Shown here piece after piece: positions 19,657 to 28,375 of a DNA stretch of 57,453 nucleotides. This DNA comes from a virus (Duplodnaviria; Caudoviricetes): positions 1-57,453 of IMG/VR virus record IMGVR_UViG_3300017700_000813, one strand, 5' to 3'. Within the stretch, counting starts at the first letter, position 1. Every line of letters begins with the position of its first letter. The position numbers and the translations under genes are program-made. The notes under the pieces were generated by a model that was not told the origin of the DNA, did not search any database, and saw nothing but the letters and a program-made list of their open reading frames with translations.

Positions 19657-20189
19657 GCGGCAATGCACTGCTGGTACTCGGCGCGGCGCCGGTTGGTCAG
19701 GCCCTTGACGGCCTTGGGAGGCTTCCCCGCCTTGTCCCAGCGCAGCAGCTGCGCGCACCACACGGCAGGCGGCTCGCCCGCATTGAGCTGGCGGACCAGC
19801 GTGCTGCTGCAGGCGGCGCGGTCGCCCACGTTGTAGGCCCAGCTGAGCACGGCCGCCTGCTGCAGCGGGGTCATCCGCGCGTCGGGGGAGATGCACCGCT
19901 CGAGCTTGGTGGCGAAGTAGGCGACCTCGTCGCCCAGCATTTCCCGGCACTGGGCCTCGGTGTAGGTGGCGCCCGGCGCCGCGGCGGCACCGGTCTGGCC
20001 GTAGCACACGGTGGCCACGCCGACGATGTCGAGGTAGGTGGTGGTGCGCAGGCCCTCCCACGGCATGATGAGGCCGATGGCCAGCACCAGCATGGCGGCG
20101 AAGGCGCCGCGCTTAGGGATGTCCTTGCCCGGGGCGATGGTGGGCCGGCGCTGGCCGGGGCGCGGCGGGATCAGTGGCGTGGTGGTCAT
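19653..20189 (-). CDS. Endolysin, GH24 lysozyme with SAR-like N-terminal hydrophobic segment
   Basis: Catalytic E-x8-D-x5-T (EGLRTTTYLDIVGVAT), SWAYNVG, GLTNRRRAE; hydrophobic stretch before the catalytic Glu. Confidence 0.92.
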   Translation of the reverse strand: MTTTPLIPPRPGQRRPTIAPGKDIPKRGAFAAMLVLAIGLIMPWEGLRTTTYLDIVGVATVCYGQTGAAAAPGATYTEAQCREMLGDEVAYFATKLERCISPDARMTPLQQAAVLSWAYNVGDRAACSSTLVRQLNAGEPPAVWCAQLLRWDKAGKPPKAVKGLTNRRRAEYQQCIAA

Positions 20190-20893
20190 CGCGGTGCCCT
20201 CGACTGCAGGGGATGGCTGTCCGGCGGAGCGAGCGCCCCGTTGACGGTGTCGATGCGGCGCATGGTGGCCACCCAGCGGACAACGGACTCGGTGGACGTG
20301 CGGCGCGTGGTGACGCTCACACCCGACATGCGGACGGGCACGATGTCGCCGTCGCGATCGATCAGCCTGAAGGCGTTGTCGAACTGGCGGTTGTAGCGGA
20401 TGCAGCGCGCCCACTCGTCGCCGACGGCCTCGCGATCATCGGGGTGGATGCTGGAGATCCAGCCATTGCCCTCCAGCTCCGCGCTGGTGCGCTGCGTCCA
20501 TATGAGCAGCGGCCGGGACATCCACTCGACGCGCCCTGTGTGGTCACAGTCGAGCTGGGCCACGTCGTCGTCGGCATCGGCGCGTGCGCGGATCTGGCCC
20601 ACCATCAGGTTGACGGTGGCCTCGGTGCGCGACACCGCGTCACGCATCGAGCTGTTGCCGTTGGGCAGCACCTCGTGCTTGATCGTCTGCAGCAGCACGG
20701 TGTTCTTGAGGTTGGTCTCGATGCCCTTGAGCAGCTCGTCGGCGCGAGTGCCCACGTCCATCAAGCCGGCCAGTGCGCGGCCCGTGGCCTGCATGCGCGG
20801 CCAGACCCAGCGAAGGCCCGCCCACCACATGCCGGCCAGTGTCGAGATCGCGATCGCAATCTCAGCGATGAGCGGAAGCTCACTCAGGTTCAT
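20186..20893 (-). CDS. Membrane-anchored PAS-domain protein at the holin position
   Basis: N-terminal TM, coiled coil with PNGNSSMRD, then a PAS_3-like fold (ELEGNGWISSIHPDDREAVGDEW...FRLIDRDG); GGAGG RBS. Confidence 0.75.
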   Translation of the reverse strand: MNLSELPLIAEIAIAISTLAGMWWAGLRWVWPRMQATGRALAGLMDVGTRADELLKGIETNLKNTVLLQTIKHEVLPNGNSSMRDAVSRTEATVNLMVGQIRARADADDDVAQLDCDHTGRVEWMSRPLLIWTQRTSAELEGNGWISSIHPDDREAVGDEWARCIRYNRQFDNAFRLIDRDGDIVPVRMSGVSVTTRRTSTESVVRWVATMRRIDTVNGALAPPDSHPLQSRAPR

Positions 20894-20906
20894 CTTTCCT
20901 CCGGGC

Positions 20907-20945
20907 AAAAAAATGCCCCGCGGCAGGATGGGCCTGTCGCGGGGC
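20907..20945 (-). terminator. Rho-independent terminator just upstream of the lysis/late genes
   Basis: 13-bp stem GCCCCGCGACAGG/CCTGCCGCGGGGC (one mismatch) followed by a T7 run on the minus strand. Confidence 0.65.
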
Positions 20946-21007
20946 GGGGCTGTGCTAGCCAGCCCGACCGGTCGCATCGCTCAGGGAGGCGGGCGACCAG
21001 TGGGGCC

Positions 21008-21036
21008 ATGCTGCAGTAGCGGGCGGCGTAGTGCAA
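21008..21036 (-). promoter_or_regulatory. Candidate late promoter
   Basis: TTGCAC-N17-CAGCAT; resembles TTGCGG-N17-CAGCGT at 30265-30293. Confidence 0.4.
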
Positions 21037-21040
21037 GGCT

Positions 21041-21394
21041 TTAGCCGGCGCTCGGCGGGATGGCGTCGTGCAGGCGCTGGCGCAACAGGTAGCCCTCGAG
21101 CGCCCAGATCTTGTCGCGGGCGTTGCGGTAGGCGATCTGCTCGCCGATCTCGCGGTCGAAGTTCTCGGGGCTGGCCGCAGCCGACTCGCCGGTGACGTGG
21201 TAGCCGTTGACCAGCGTGAGCAGGCAGGTGGTGAGCGTCGTGCCCGGCCAGACGTGGAAGCTGGAGGACACGATGCGGCTGTCGATCAGCTGCGGCGACA
21301 GGCGCGGAGCGTTCAGGCCCTTTTCCTGCAGCTGCTGCTCGATCTCGGACTCCTCGGTGGTGCGCTCGGGGACGTGGCCGTTACGGCTGTTCAT
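21041..21394 (-). CDS. Gp49/Sf6-gp66 family protein (Acb4-like nucleotide sponge candidate)
   Basis: APRLSP...LTTCLLTLVNGYHVTGESA-x-x-SPENFDREIG-x-x-IAY-x-NA-x-x-KIW-x-LEGYLL family signature. Confidence 0.85.
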   Translation of the reverse strand: MNSRNGHVPERTTEESEIEQQLQEKGLNAPRLSPQLIDSRIVSSSFHVWPGTTLTTCLLTLVNGYHVTGESAAASPENFDREIGEQIAYRNARDKIWALEGYLLRQRLHDAIPPSAG

Positions 21395-21941
21395 GGCTGA
21401 CCCCCGCGTCGTTCTGGCCGTCGGCGAGGTAGGTGTCGTCGACCACGGCCACGGTGTTGCCATCCTTGTCGCGGAAGGTCTCGCTGGTCGCGTTGGCCGT
21501 CTCGGCGTCCTGCCGGGCATTCCAGTCGGCCATGGCGTCGACGACCGGGGTCACGTCAGGGTTGAACTCGGCGTCGACCACGTCACCCTCCTCGGACACC
21601 AGCGCGCCGAAGGACTCGGGGAACGTCTCGGGGTGCAGCGGGTCGCTGCCGCGGGTGCGGCTGCTGGGGTCGCGCTGGATCCGGGCGTCGAGCGCGCGGA
21701 AGGTCAGCAGGGCCTGCACCCGAGCGTGGATGTCCTCGAGCGCCAGCCTCTGGCCCTCGCGGGCGGAGAAGTGCTTGGCGCGGGGGAAGGAGTGCGTGCC
21801 GACGACCACAAAGCCGTTGTCGAGCACGGCGGTGGCGACGGTGGTGCAGGCATCGCCCAGCTCGGCGTAGTCGACGGCGCGGATGGCCGCCTCGATCTGC
21901 TCGGTGGTGATGGTGACCGGTGCAACGTGGTTGCGTTCCAT
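21381..21941 (-). CDS. Divergent Gp49-family paralogue with acidic tail
   Basis: ITTEQIEAAI...TTVATAVLDNGFVVVGTH...F-x-x-x-EG-x-x-LA aligns to the adjacent Gp49 protein; GGAG RBS. Confidence 0.65.
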   Translation of the reverse strand: MERNHVAPVTITTEQIEAAIRAVDYAELGDACTTVATAVLDNGFVVVGTHSFPRAKHFSAREGQRLALEDIHARVQALLTFRALDARIQRDPSSRTRGSDPLHPETFPESFGALVSEEGDVVDAEFNPDVTPVVDAMADWNARQDAETANATSETFRDKDGNTVAVVDDTYLADGQNDAGVSHEQP

Positions 21942-22145
21942 GGGGATCTCCGGGTTCGGTGGGTGCCACAGGTGGCCCGGCCGAGGCTGGGCGGCGCGCG
22001 TCGGGCGGTCAACCCCTTACCCCTAGCGGATCCGGGCTGGCCACATGATGCCGGCGCACGCTACCAACCCACCCTGTACAGTTTCAATCCTTTAGCCGGA
22101 ACCGATAGCCGAAGCCTATCCCCACGCTTTGGCTGTCTTTGCAGC

Positions 22146-22203
22146 TGCGCCCCGAATAGAGTTCATGTACACTGTACGGAAACGCGGATGGGCCGCGTGG
22201 GAG
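22146..22203 (+). promoter_or_regulatory. Early cassette 1: degenerate operator, -10 box and ATGGG leader hairpin
   Basis: CGAAT-AGA-GTTCA (22153-22165), TACACT, hairpin ACGCGG-ATGGG-CCGCGT (22182-22198), GGGAG RBS. Confidence 0.6.
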
Positions 22204-22209
22204 ATGGTT

Positions 22210-22446
22210 ATGGCGCTCGTTTGGCAGGCGGATGTGTTCTGCGATTTCATGGCGTCGTCTCGATGCGAGAGCTGGACGCCCGGGGCCGGTACCCGCCGGC
22301 GCGGCGTGAGCAGGGACGACAGGGCGCGTGCCCGCGGGAAGGGGTGGACGATGCGCCGCGATCCTGACTCGGGGAAGCTGGGCGACTGCTGCTCCCAGTG
22401 CGCGGCCGAGCTTGGCCGCCGCGCGGACATTGGGGGTGCGCGATGA
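22210..22446 (+). CDS. Small Cys-rich hypothetical protein
   Basis: Follows the cassette RBS; GW...CxxC motif. Confidence 0.55.
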   Translation: MALVWQADVFCDFMASSRCESWTPGAGTRRRGVSRDDRARARGKGWTMRRDPDSGKLGDCCSQCAAELGRRADIGGAR

Positions 22447-22652
22447 ACCGCCCCGAGGACGTGCGGCCGCCCGAGGGTGAGGCCGTGGGAACCAACCCGG
22501 GCGATGCCTGCGGCCGCGACGGCTGCGAGGGGATCATCCGCGAGAACGAGATCGAGAACTGCAGCTGCCACATCAACCCGCCGTGCGGCCAGTGCGTGAC
22601 CGCCGGCGTGAGCTGCGACACCTGCGACTACGACACCCGAGGTGAAATCTGA
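22443..22652 (+). CDS. Zn-finger-like small protein
   Basis: CGRDGC...CSCHINPPCGQC...CDTC. Confidence 0.65.
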   Translation: MNRPEDVRPPEGEAVGTNPGDACGRDGCEGIIRENEIENCSCHINPPCGQCVTAGVSCDTCDYDTRGEI

Positions 22653-22978
22653 TGGACACGAAAATGGGGCGGGTCATGGACACCAAGCGCATCGGCGAGC
22701 TGTCGCAGCTGATCGGCGAGAGGGCGAGCAGGCTGGAGGCGGACAGGAAGATCCTTGCGGAGATGAGCGGCGGCAAGGTCCAGATCAGCGTGAGCATCGG
22801 CAACAGGTCGATCAACGTGGTCAATTACGTCCATCCGAACTCCTACACCGCCATCCGCGGCCGCGAGATGTTCGATCTGGCCGCGCGCAAGATGATGGCG
22901 GGCTTCATCGACATCGGTGAGGCGGAGCTGCACAAGCTGCAGGCGCAGCTGGCGGCGGCGATGCGGGGTGAGTCGTGA
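22652..22978 (+). CDS. Hypothetical protein
   Basis: TGATG-coupled ORF, 108 aa. Confidence 0.6.
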   Translation: MDTKMGRVMDTKRIGELSQLIGERASRLEADRKILAEMSGGKVQISVSIGNRSINVVNYVHPNSYTAIRGREMFDLAARKMMAGFIDIGEAELHKLQAQLAAAMRGES

Positions 22979-23325
22979 GCCGCGGCGCGCTCGGCCCGCT
23001 GCTGCCGGGGATCCTCGAGAAGCTGCCGGCCCCGTGGAAGGCGTGCCGGAGCCACGAGGACCACGACGGCCCCATGTGGCAGATCGACGACGACGAGGCC
23101 GCGTATTACGCGGAGCGGCCGCTGGTGCGGATCTTGGCCGCCAATGGGGAAGTGGTGACGTCCGCCCACGACCTGTTCGAGTTCCGCGACCCGGCGGTGG
23201 CCCACCTACTGGCGGCCGCGCCGCTGCTGCTGCAGGCGCTGGAGCTGGCCGAGGAGGGTCTGCTGTCGCCCGAGACCCGCGAAGTGGTCAGGGCCGCACT
23301 GGCGGCCGCGCGGGGTGGGGCATGA
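22975..23325 (+). CDS. Hypothetical phage protein
   Basis: PAPW...AHLLAAAP-x-LL-x-AL motif common in early phage genes. Confidence 0.65.
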   Translation: MSRGALGPLLPGILEKLPAPWKACRSHEDHDGPMWQIDDDEAAYYAERPLVRILAANGEVVTSAHDLFEFRDPAVAHLLAAAPLLLQALELAEEGLLSPETREVVRAALAAARGGA

Positions 23326-24017
23326 AGGCGTCCGAGAATCCCGTCACGGCCCGGGCCGAGCTGTGGAACTGGCAGCAGCTCCACGTCAGGCCCATCCCCC
23401 GGGGGTGGCGCGGCTCTCCCCTATTCCGGGTGGTCCCGGGCGGGACGCCGGCGATCATGTTCGTGGACTTCTACCTGCGCGGGCGGCGGTTCAGCCGTTC
23501 GATCGCCGTACCCGAGCTGGTGTCGGCCGTTGACTGGCGCGCCGCGCTGGCGCGCCGGCTGCGCTACTTCCGGTTGGAGATGCGCGTGCCGCCGTACACG
23601 CCCGAGGAGACCGCCAACGTGCCGAGCTTCGGCGAGCACAGAACGGACGCGCTGCGCTACGGGCTGCAGCTCTACACGACGGGGCGCGGCGCCGGCGGGC
23701 CGATGATCCCGCCGCGGCCGGTGCCCTTCAGCCGCGGCGCGCGGGGGTGGGGTCCGGGCTTTGCGGCGGCCGACGCGCTGCTGGGCAACGCGCCCACGAT
23801 CGCCGACGGCCTGATGGATCTGGCGCGCCGGCGCATGGCCGACTTCCTAGCGCATCACACCGACGAGGGGATCCGCGCGGGCCTGATCGCGCTGGGGTGG
23901 ACGCCGCCTCCGCCACCGGGGACGGTGCGAACCGGGCCGTCGTGGGTGTGCGACCTGTGCGGCCAGCGCAACAGCAGCTGGGCCAGCGAGTGCGGTCGCT
24001 GCGAGCGTGCGCGATGA
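23322..24017 (+). CDS. Hypothetical protein with C-terminal Zn ribbon
   Basis: ATGA overlap; WVCDLC-x-x-x-N-x-x-x-x-x-x-CGRC. Confidence 0.55.
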   Translation: MKASENPVTARAELWNWQQLHVRPIPRGWRGSPLFRVVPGGTPAIMFVDFYLRGRRFSRSIAVPELVSAVDWRAALARRLRYFRLEMRVPPYTPEETANVPSFGEHRTDALRYGLQLYTTGRGAGGPMIPPRPVPFSRGARGWGPGFAAADALLGNAPTIADGLMDLARRRMADFLAHHTDEGIRAGLIALGWTPPPPPGTVRTGPSWVCDLCGQRNSSWASECGRCERAR

Positions 24018-24238
24018 GCGCGCCCGATGGTCGTCAGGATGCGATGGATGTTCGCCGGGCCGTGTCGCTGGCGCACAAGCACTTCCACGCCGCAACGAAG
24101 GCGGAGCGCCGCTGCTACGTCATGGAAGTGTTTGGCTGCGCCGGCGAGTACGCCAACGGGCTGTGCCGGCGCTTCGGGCTGGACCCGGATAAGGTGCTGA
24201 CCCCGGCCGATCCCGTCGAGTGGGGGAGGGGCCGATGA
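24014..24238 (+). CDS. Hypothetical protein
   Basis: VMEVFGC...A-x-x-LCRRFGLDPD motif. Confidence 0.6.
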   Translation: MSAPDGRQDAMDVRRAVSLAHKHFHAATKAERRCYVMEVFGCAGEYANGLCRRFGLDPDKVLTPADPVEWGRGR

Positions 24239-24429
24239 ACGGGCCTCCAGATCCGCAGTCCGCCTACGCCGAGCTGCTCGCGGCCGTGCGCGAGATCGAT
24301 GCATTAGACCCGATCGGCGACGGCGTGTACCGCGTCCGCGAGCGTGAAGGGTTGGGCTGGTTCGGCCCCGACGTGATGCGCCACGCCGAGGCTTGGAAGG
24401 TCATCAGCCTGCACGTCAAGCTCGACTGA
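24235..24429 (+). CDS. Hypothetical protein
   Basis: Coupled ORF containing YRVREREGLGW-x-GP. Confidence 0.55.
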   Translation: MNGPPDPQSAYAELLAAVREIDALDPIGDGVYRVREREGLGWFGPDVMRHAEAWKVISLHVKLD

Positions 24430-24638
24430 TGGGCGCCCGCCTGTGCTGCCACTGCGCCCGCCCGCTGCTCGACGTGCTCGGCCGGGCCGTGGATCCGGTG
24501 GTGCGCACGATCGAGGGGATCCCGATGCGGCTGCACGGCAGCTGCGCGAAGCGGCTGGATGCCGGCAAGCCGTACGTTGAGAGGCCGCGCCCGGCGGTTC
24601 CGGGCACTACGCGAGGTGGGCGCGATGAACGATCTTGA
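24429..24638 (+). CDS. Small Cys/His hypothetical protein
   Basis: TGATG overlap; CCHC...HGSC. Confidence 0.45.
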   Translation: MGARLCCHCARPLLDVLGRAVDPVVRTIEGIPMRLHGSCAKRLDAGKPYVERPRPAVPGTTRGGRDERS

Positions 24639-25017
24639 GTACAGCAACCTGATTCTGAGGCTGGGCTATGTCAGCGATGCGCTGAAGCCCATGAAGTGGG
24701 CGTCTGGTTTCCGACAGGGGCCATCGATGTCCGAAACCGTGCAGAAGGCAATGACCGCGCTGGGCGTGGGCAAGGCCCCTGCCTACTACCGGACCATGAC
24801 CCGAGAGGAGCTGCTGAGCGCGGCCCAGCTCGACGCCGCCACGCCGCTCGAGCGGGCGCTGCTGGCCATGCTCCGCGGCGAGGACGAGCTGCTGGAGGAG
24901 GTGTCCGAGATCGAGGAGGCCAAGAGCCGGGACTCCAAGGCCCAGCACACCGAGGAGATCTCGACGCTGGTGCGCAAGCTGCGCGGGATCTTGGACGACC
25001 TCGAGGATCTGGTCTGA
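24625..25017 (+). CDS. Hypothetical protein
   Basis: GAGG RBS; acidic helical C-terminus. Confidence 0.55.
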   Translation: MNDLEYSNLILRLGYVSDALKPMKWASGFRQGPSMSETVQKAMTALGVGKAPAYYRTMTREELLSAAQLDAATPLERALLAMLRGEDELLEEVSEIEEAKSRDSKAQHTEEISTLVRKLRGILDDLEDLV

Positions 25018-25916
25018 TGGCCGGCGAACCGAAGAAGTGGGGCCACGACGAGCTGGCCAGCGATCTGGCCGCGCACCTCGCCGGCAACACAGCCGAGCGC
25101 GCGATCTGGGAGGACATGCAGCTCGGGCCTGCCGGCACCATCCGCCCGGACGTCTACGCGATCACGAAGACGTACACGCGGCTCGTGGCCATGACGTTCG
25201 AGGTGAAGGTCTCGCGCTCCGACTTCCTGAGCGACATCACGTCCGGCAAGTGGCAGGGCTACCTGAAGTTCTCGAACTGCGTGGTCTTCGCGGTACCGGC
25301 CGGGCTGGTGAAAGCCGACGAGATCCCGAAGGGCGCGGGCCTGATCGAGCGGCTGGAGAACGGCTGGCGGTTCAAGCGCAAGCCCACCTTCGGCCACCTC
25401 GAGGGCCTGCCGCTGACGGTCTGGCAGAAGCTGCTCTTCGACGGCATCGGCCGCGAGCGGTCGGTGGCGCGCCGGGCGACGATCCGCAACGAGTACATTG
25501 CCCAGCGCCGGAGGACCGAGGTGGCGCTGGCCAAGGGTGGTGCGGAGCTGGCGGCGCTGCTGACGCGCCGGGACCGGGCTGAGCAGGACTTTGCGCACGC
25601 CACGGCGCAGCTGGAGGCCCGGACCAAGGATCTGCACGAGCGGCGCGTCAAGGCCGAGGACGAGGCCCGGGCCGCGGCGGCGCGCGAGCGCAGCGACGTC
25701 GACACCGAGCTGGCCAAGATCGCCCGGGAGCTGGGGCTGCCCGCCACCGACACCAGCAGCTGGCAGATCATCCGCGAGCTGCGCGCCCGGCTGCCCAAGG
25801 CCATGGTGGCCGACCTGCAGAACGCGGCCGACCAGCTGCGCCGGAGCGGCGAGCACCAGCTCAGGGAGGCCACCGAGATCGAGCGGCGGCTGGCGGGGCC
25901 GCCCGCGGAGGGGTGA
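25017..25916 (+). CDS. MmcB-like PD-(D/E)XK nuclease-family protein with coiled-coil tail
   Basis: RPDVY...FEVKVSRSDFLSD...KWQGY...FAVPAGLV-x-x-x-EIP-x-x-x-GLI. Confidence 0.75.
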   Translation: MAGEPKKWGHDELASDLAAHLAGNTAERAIWEDMQLGPAGTIRPDVYAITKTYTRLVAMTFEVKVSRSDFLSDITSGKWQGYLKFSNCVVFAVPAGLVKADEIPKGAGLIERLENGWRFKRKPTFGHLEGLPLTVWQKLLFDGIGRERSVARRATIRNEYIAQRRRTEVALAKGGAELAALLTRRDRAEQDFAHATAQLEARTKDLHERRVKAEDEARAAAARERSDVDTELAKIARELGLPATDTSSWQIIRELRARLPKAMVADLQNAADQLRRSGEHQLREATEIERRLAGPPAEG

Positions 25917-25940
25917 GGTTCCACGGGGAACACGCACCCA

Positions 25941-26003
25941 TTGCGTCCCGAACATTGTTCGTGTCATACTCCAGTTGTGGCGCGGGGATTGGCCCCGCAG
26001 GAG
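25941..26003 (+). promoter_or_regulatory. Early cassette 2
   Basis: TTGCGT, CGAAC-ATT-GTTCG (25949-25961), CATACT, hairpin GCGGGG-ATTGG-CCCCGC, AGGAG. Confidence 0.8.
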
Positions 26004-26011
26004 ATGGCAAA

Positions 26012-26650
26012 ATGAGGATCCAGATCCGGGGCAACTGCCAGTGCTGCGGCCGGCAGCAGGCGATCGTCCGGGGCGACATGGCCCAGCACGGCTACACGGT
26101 CGAGCGGGGCTACTTCGAGGGCGTGTGCTACGGCTATCAGTTCAGCCCCCTGCAGGTGAGCCGGGCCAAGGCCGACGAGATCATCGCCGAGTGCCGGGCC
26201 GACGCGGTCGAGTTGCTGGCCCTCGTGGCCGCCTACCAGAGCGGCGCCAAGGTGCCGGGCAAGGTGAAGAACCCCAGCTACAAGATGGCCGAGCTGGAGG
26301 CCAACCCGATGGTGCCCTACGCCAGCCTGAACAGCTGGCAGCAAGCCGACGCCCTCAAGATGGCGATCTGGAACGCGAGCCAGCGGGCCAAGCTGGCCAC
26401 GGACTTTGCCGACCAGCTGCAGGGTCTGGCCGACCGGCTGCACGGCACGGCGCTGATCGAGGTGGACGTCGAGGCGAAGAAGCTGGCCCGGATCGAGGGC
26501 GGCGACCAGAAGAAGCTCCCGGGCGGCACGCTGGTGACGGCCCGGTACGCCGAGCGGGGCCGGGTGGTCTACGTCTACATCGGCAGCGACGGCAAGGCCC
26601 GGCAGGGCTGGATCGGCACGCAGAGCTGGCGGAAGCTGGCCGACGCCTGA
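26012..26650 (+). CDS. Early protein with N-terminal Zn-binding motif
   Basis: GNCQCCGR...HGY...GVC-x-G; strong RBS. Confidence 0.75.
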   Translation: MRIQIRGNCQCCGRQQAIVRGDMAQHGYTVERGYFEGVCYGYQFSPLQVSRAKADEIIAECRADAVELLALVAAYQSGAKVPGKVKNPSYKMAELEANPMVPYASLNSWQQADALKMAIWNASQRAKLATDFADQLQGLADRLHGTALIEVDVEAKKLARIEGGDQKKLPGGTLVTARYAERGRVVYVYIGSDGKARQGWIGTQSWRKLADA

Positions 26651-26653
26651 CCC

Positions 26654-26720
26654 TTGCGCACGAACACAGTTCGTGTATAATGACGGCTGAGGGGCGGGCA
26701 GTCCGCCCCACCAATGGAGA
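26654..26720 (+). promoter_or_regulatory. Early cassette 3
   Basis: TTGCGC, CGAAC-ACA-GTTCG (26661-26673), TATAAT, hairpin GGGGCGG-GCAGT-CCGCCCC, GGAG. Confidence 0.85.
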
Positions 26721-26726
26721 CCCGCC

Positions 26727-26960
26727 ATGAAGATCACCTTCGACATCATCGCCAAGATCGAGGGCAACCTCGGCGAGCTGCTGGCGCAGACCAGCCCCGC
26801 GCCGGCCGTACCCACCCTCGCCGAGCTGCTCGAGACCATGGGCCAGCTGGCCTTCGTCGTCGAGACCGTCGCCCACCTGCAGGGCAAGGAGAAGGAGCTG
26901 CTGCCGACCGCGGACAAGGCCCGCGCCCTGATCGAGAAGCTGCAGACCATCAACATCTGA
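26727..26960 (+). CDS. Hypothetical early protein
   Basis: 77 aa, RBS, GC3-rich codons. Confidence 0.7.
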   Translation: MKITFDIIAKIEGNLGELLAQTSPAPAVPTLAELLETMGQLAFVVETVAHLQGKEKELLPTADKARALIEKLQTINI

Positions 26961-26967
26961 TCCACCC

Positions 26968-26998
26968 GGGGCCGGATGGGCCGGCCCCCTTCGAGGAG
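26968..26998 (+). promoter_or_regulatory. Stand-alone ATGGG-loop hairpin before an RBS
   Basis: GGGGCCGG-ATGGG-CCGGCCCC then GAGGAG; no promoter or operator upstream. Confidence 0.65.
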
Positions 26999-27005
26999 AA
27001 CCACC

Positions 27006-27239
27006 ATGGCAAGCAAACTGATCCCCCTCTCCAACTTCGTCGTCATCGGCCCGGGCGAGTGGCAGTCCGGCACCAACCTCGCCGAGACGGTCGCCAAGCT
27101 GCGCAAGCGCCTGCCGAAGGCCGCGGCCAAGGCCGCCCTGAAGGTCTTCGGCAGCGACGGCGAGATCAAGGTCTCCGCCGACATCTACGTCCGCGTGCAG
27201 GTCGGCCCCGACTCCACGCTGGTCGAGTTTGAACTCTGA
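27006..27239 (+). CDS. Hypothetical early protein
   Basis: MASKLIPLSNF...; GAGGAG RBS. Confidence 0.7.
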   Translation: MASKLIPLSNFVVIGPGEWQSGTNLAETVAKLRKRLPKAAAKAALKVFGSDGEIKVSADIYVRVQVGPDSTLVEFEL

Positions 27240-27296
27240 CCCTTGCCCCAGCGCCTTCGAGGAGGGCGCTGGATCGAGACCACAGGGAGATCGACC

Positions 27297-27602
27297 ATGA
27301 AGAAGAACACCATGAACTACGCCGCAGTGCTCGCGCTCGCCGAGCTGGCCGTCAAGGCCGCGCTCGACCAGATCCGCTACGCGCAGGGCGCGAACGGCCG
27401 CGGGATTCTCACGACGAAGGAGGCCGACGAGCGCAGGATCGCCAGTCGCTGCGTGGCCCTGACCATGATCGACGACCTGTACTACGACATGGCCAACCCG
27501 GCGACCGCGGAGAGGCTGCGCAAGTTCGCCCGCAGCAACGAGCTGACCGGTGGTGGCAAGGCCGCGCTGCTCGCGCTGAGCGGTTTCGATCAGCTGCCCT
27601 GA
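27297..27602 (+). CDS. Hypothetical early protein
   Basis: GGGAG RBS; preceded by hairpin CCAGCGCCTTC-GAG-GAGGGCGCTGG. Confidence 0.7.
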   Translation: MKKNTMNYAAVLALAELAVKAALDQIRYAQGANGRGILTTKEADERRIASRCVALTMIDDLYYDMANPATAERLRKFARSNELTGGGKAALLALSGFDQLP

Positions 27603-27605
27603 CCG

Positions 27606-27668
27606 TTGCACCACGAACCCGGTTCGGGTTACAATAACCGCGTGGGGAGGATGGGCCTCCCCGAGGAG
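27606..27668 (+). promoter_or_regulatory. Early cassette 4
   Basis: TTGCAC, CGAAC-CCG-GTTCG (27614-27626), TACAAT, hairpin GGGGAGG-ATGGG-CCTCCCC, GAGGAG. Confidence 0.85.
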
Positions 27669-27674
27669 AACGAG

Positions 27675-28199
27675 ATGGGCTGGATGGTTGGCTGGAAAAG
27701 CAAAGACGAGGTGATCAAGCACGTCCTCGACCAGTGCAACACGGGCGGCATGAAGCTGCTCGACAAGTCGGTGGTCGGCGGCGCGGTCTACGCGCTGATC
27801 GGCAAGGGCGAGGAGAAGTTCATCGCGATCTTCCTGATCAAGGGCTATCGCGACGACGCCTTCGGTCCCGCGCAGTGGGGCTACAAGGACATGGACGAGA
27901 CCTGCGGCCCGAACGAGGACAACTGCCCCGAGCGGCTGCTGGCCCAGAGCACGGTGATGGACGGCTACGCGCCCGAGTGGCGCGCCCGCTGCCGGGCCAA
28001 GCGCGCGGCCAAGAACGGCGGCCGCAAGTTCGCCGCTGGCCTGAAGCCGGGCGACAGCTTCCAGTGGAACGAGCATGTGGTGAAGTTCGCCGGCTGGGTG
28101 ACGCAGCGCGGCAAGCAGATCCTGACCGGCTACAGCCCACGCGACGGCAAGCTGTACTGCTACCCGGCCGGCCGCATCGGCCCGGTGGTGGCGCCGTGA
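27675..28199 (+). CDS. DUF6927-like mobile-element early protein
   Basis: MGW...WGYKDMDETCGP-x-x-x-x-CP-x-x-LL...A-x-x-WR-x-x-CR. Confidence 0.7.
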   Translation: MGWMVGWKSKDEVIKHVLDQCNTGGMKLLDKSVVGGAVYALIGKGEEKFIAIFLIKGYRDDAFGPAQWGYKDMDETCGPNEDNCPERLLAQSTVMDGYAPEWRARCRAKRAAKNGGRKFAAGLKPGDSFQWNEHVVKFAGWVTQRGKQILTGYSPRDGKLYCYPAGRIGPVVAP

Positions 28200-28375
28200 G
28201 GGTCGTGCTCGAGATCCCGGCCGAGTTCTCCACCCTGCTCGGCGCCATCGTCGCCGGCGTGCTTGAGCACGGCATCCCCGGCGAAGGTCAGTCGCCACTG
28301 ATCGATGCCGAGGCGCACTTCCTCGAGTACGTCGCCGACGAGCTGAAGCTGGCTCGTCTGTTGGCCGGCTACTGA
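28196..28375 (+). CDS. Hypothetical protein
   Basis: GTGA overlap; 59 aa. Confidence 0.5.
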   Translation: MRVVLEIPAEFSTLLGAIVAGVLEHGIPGEGQSPLIDAEAHFLEYVADELKLARLLAGY

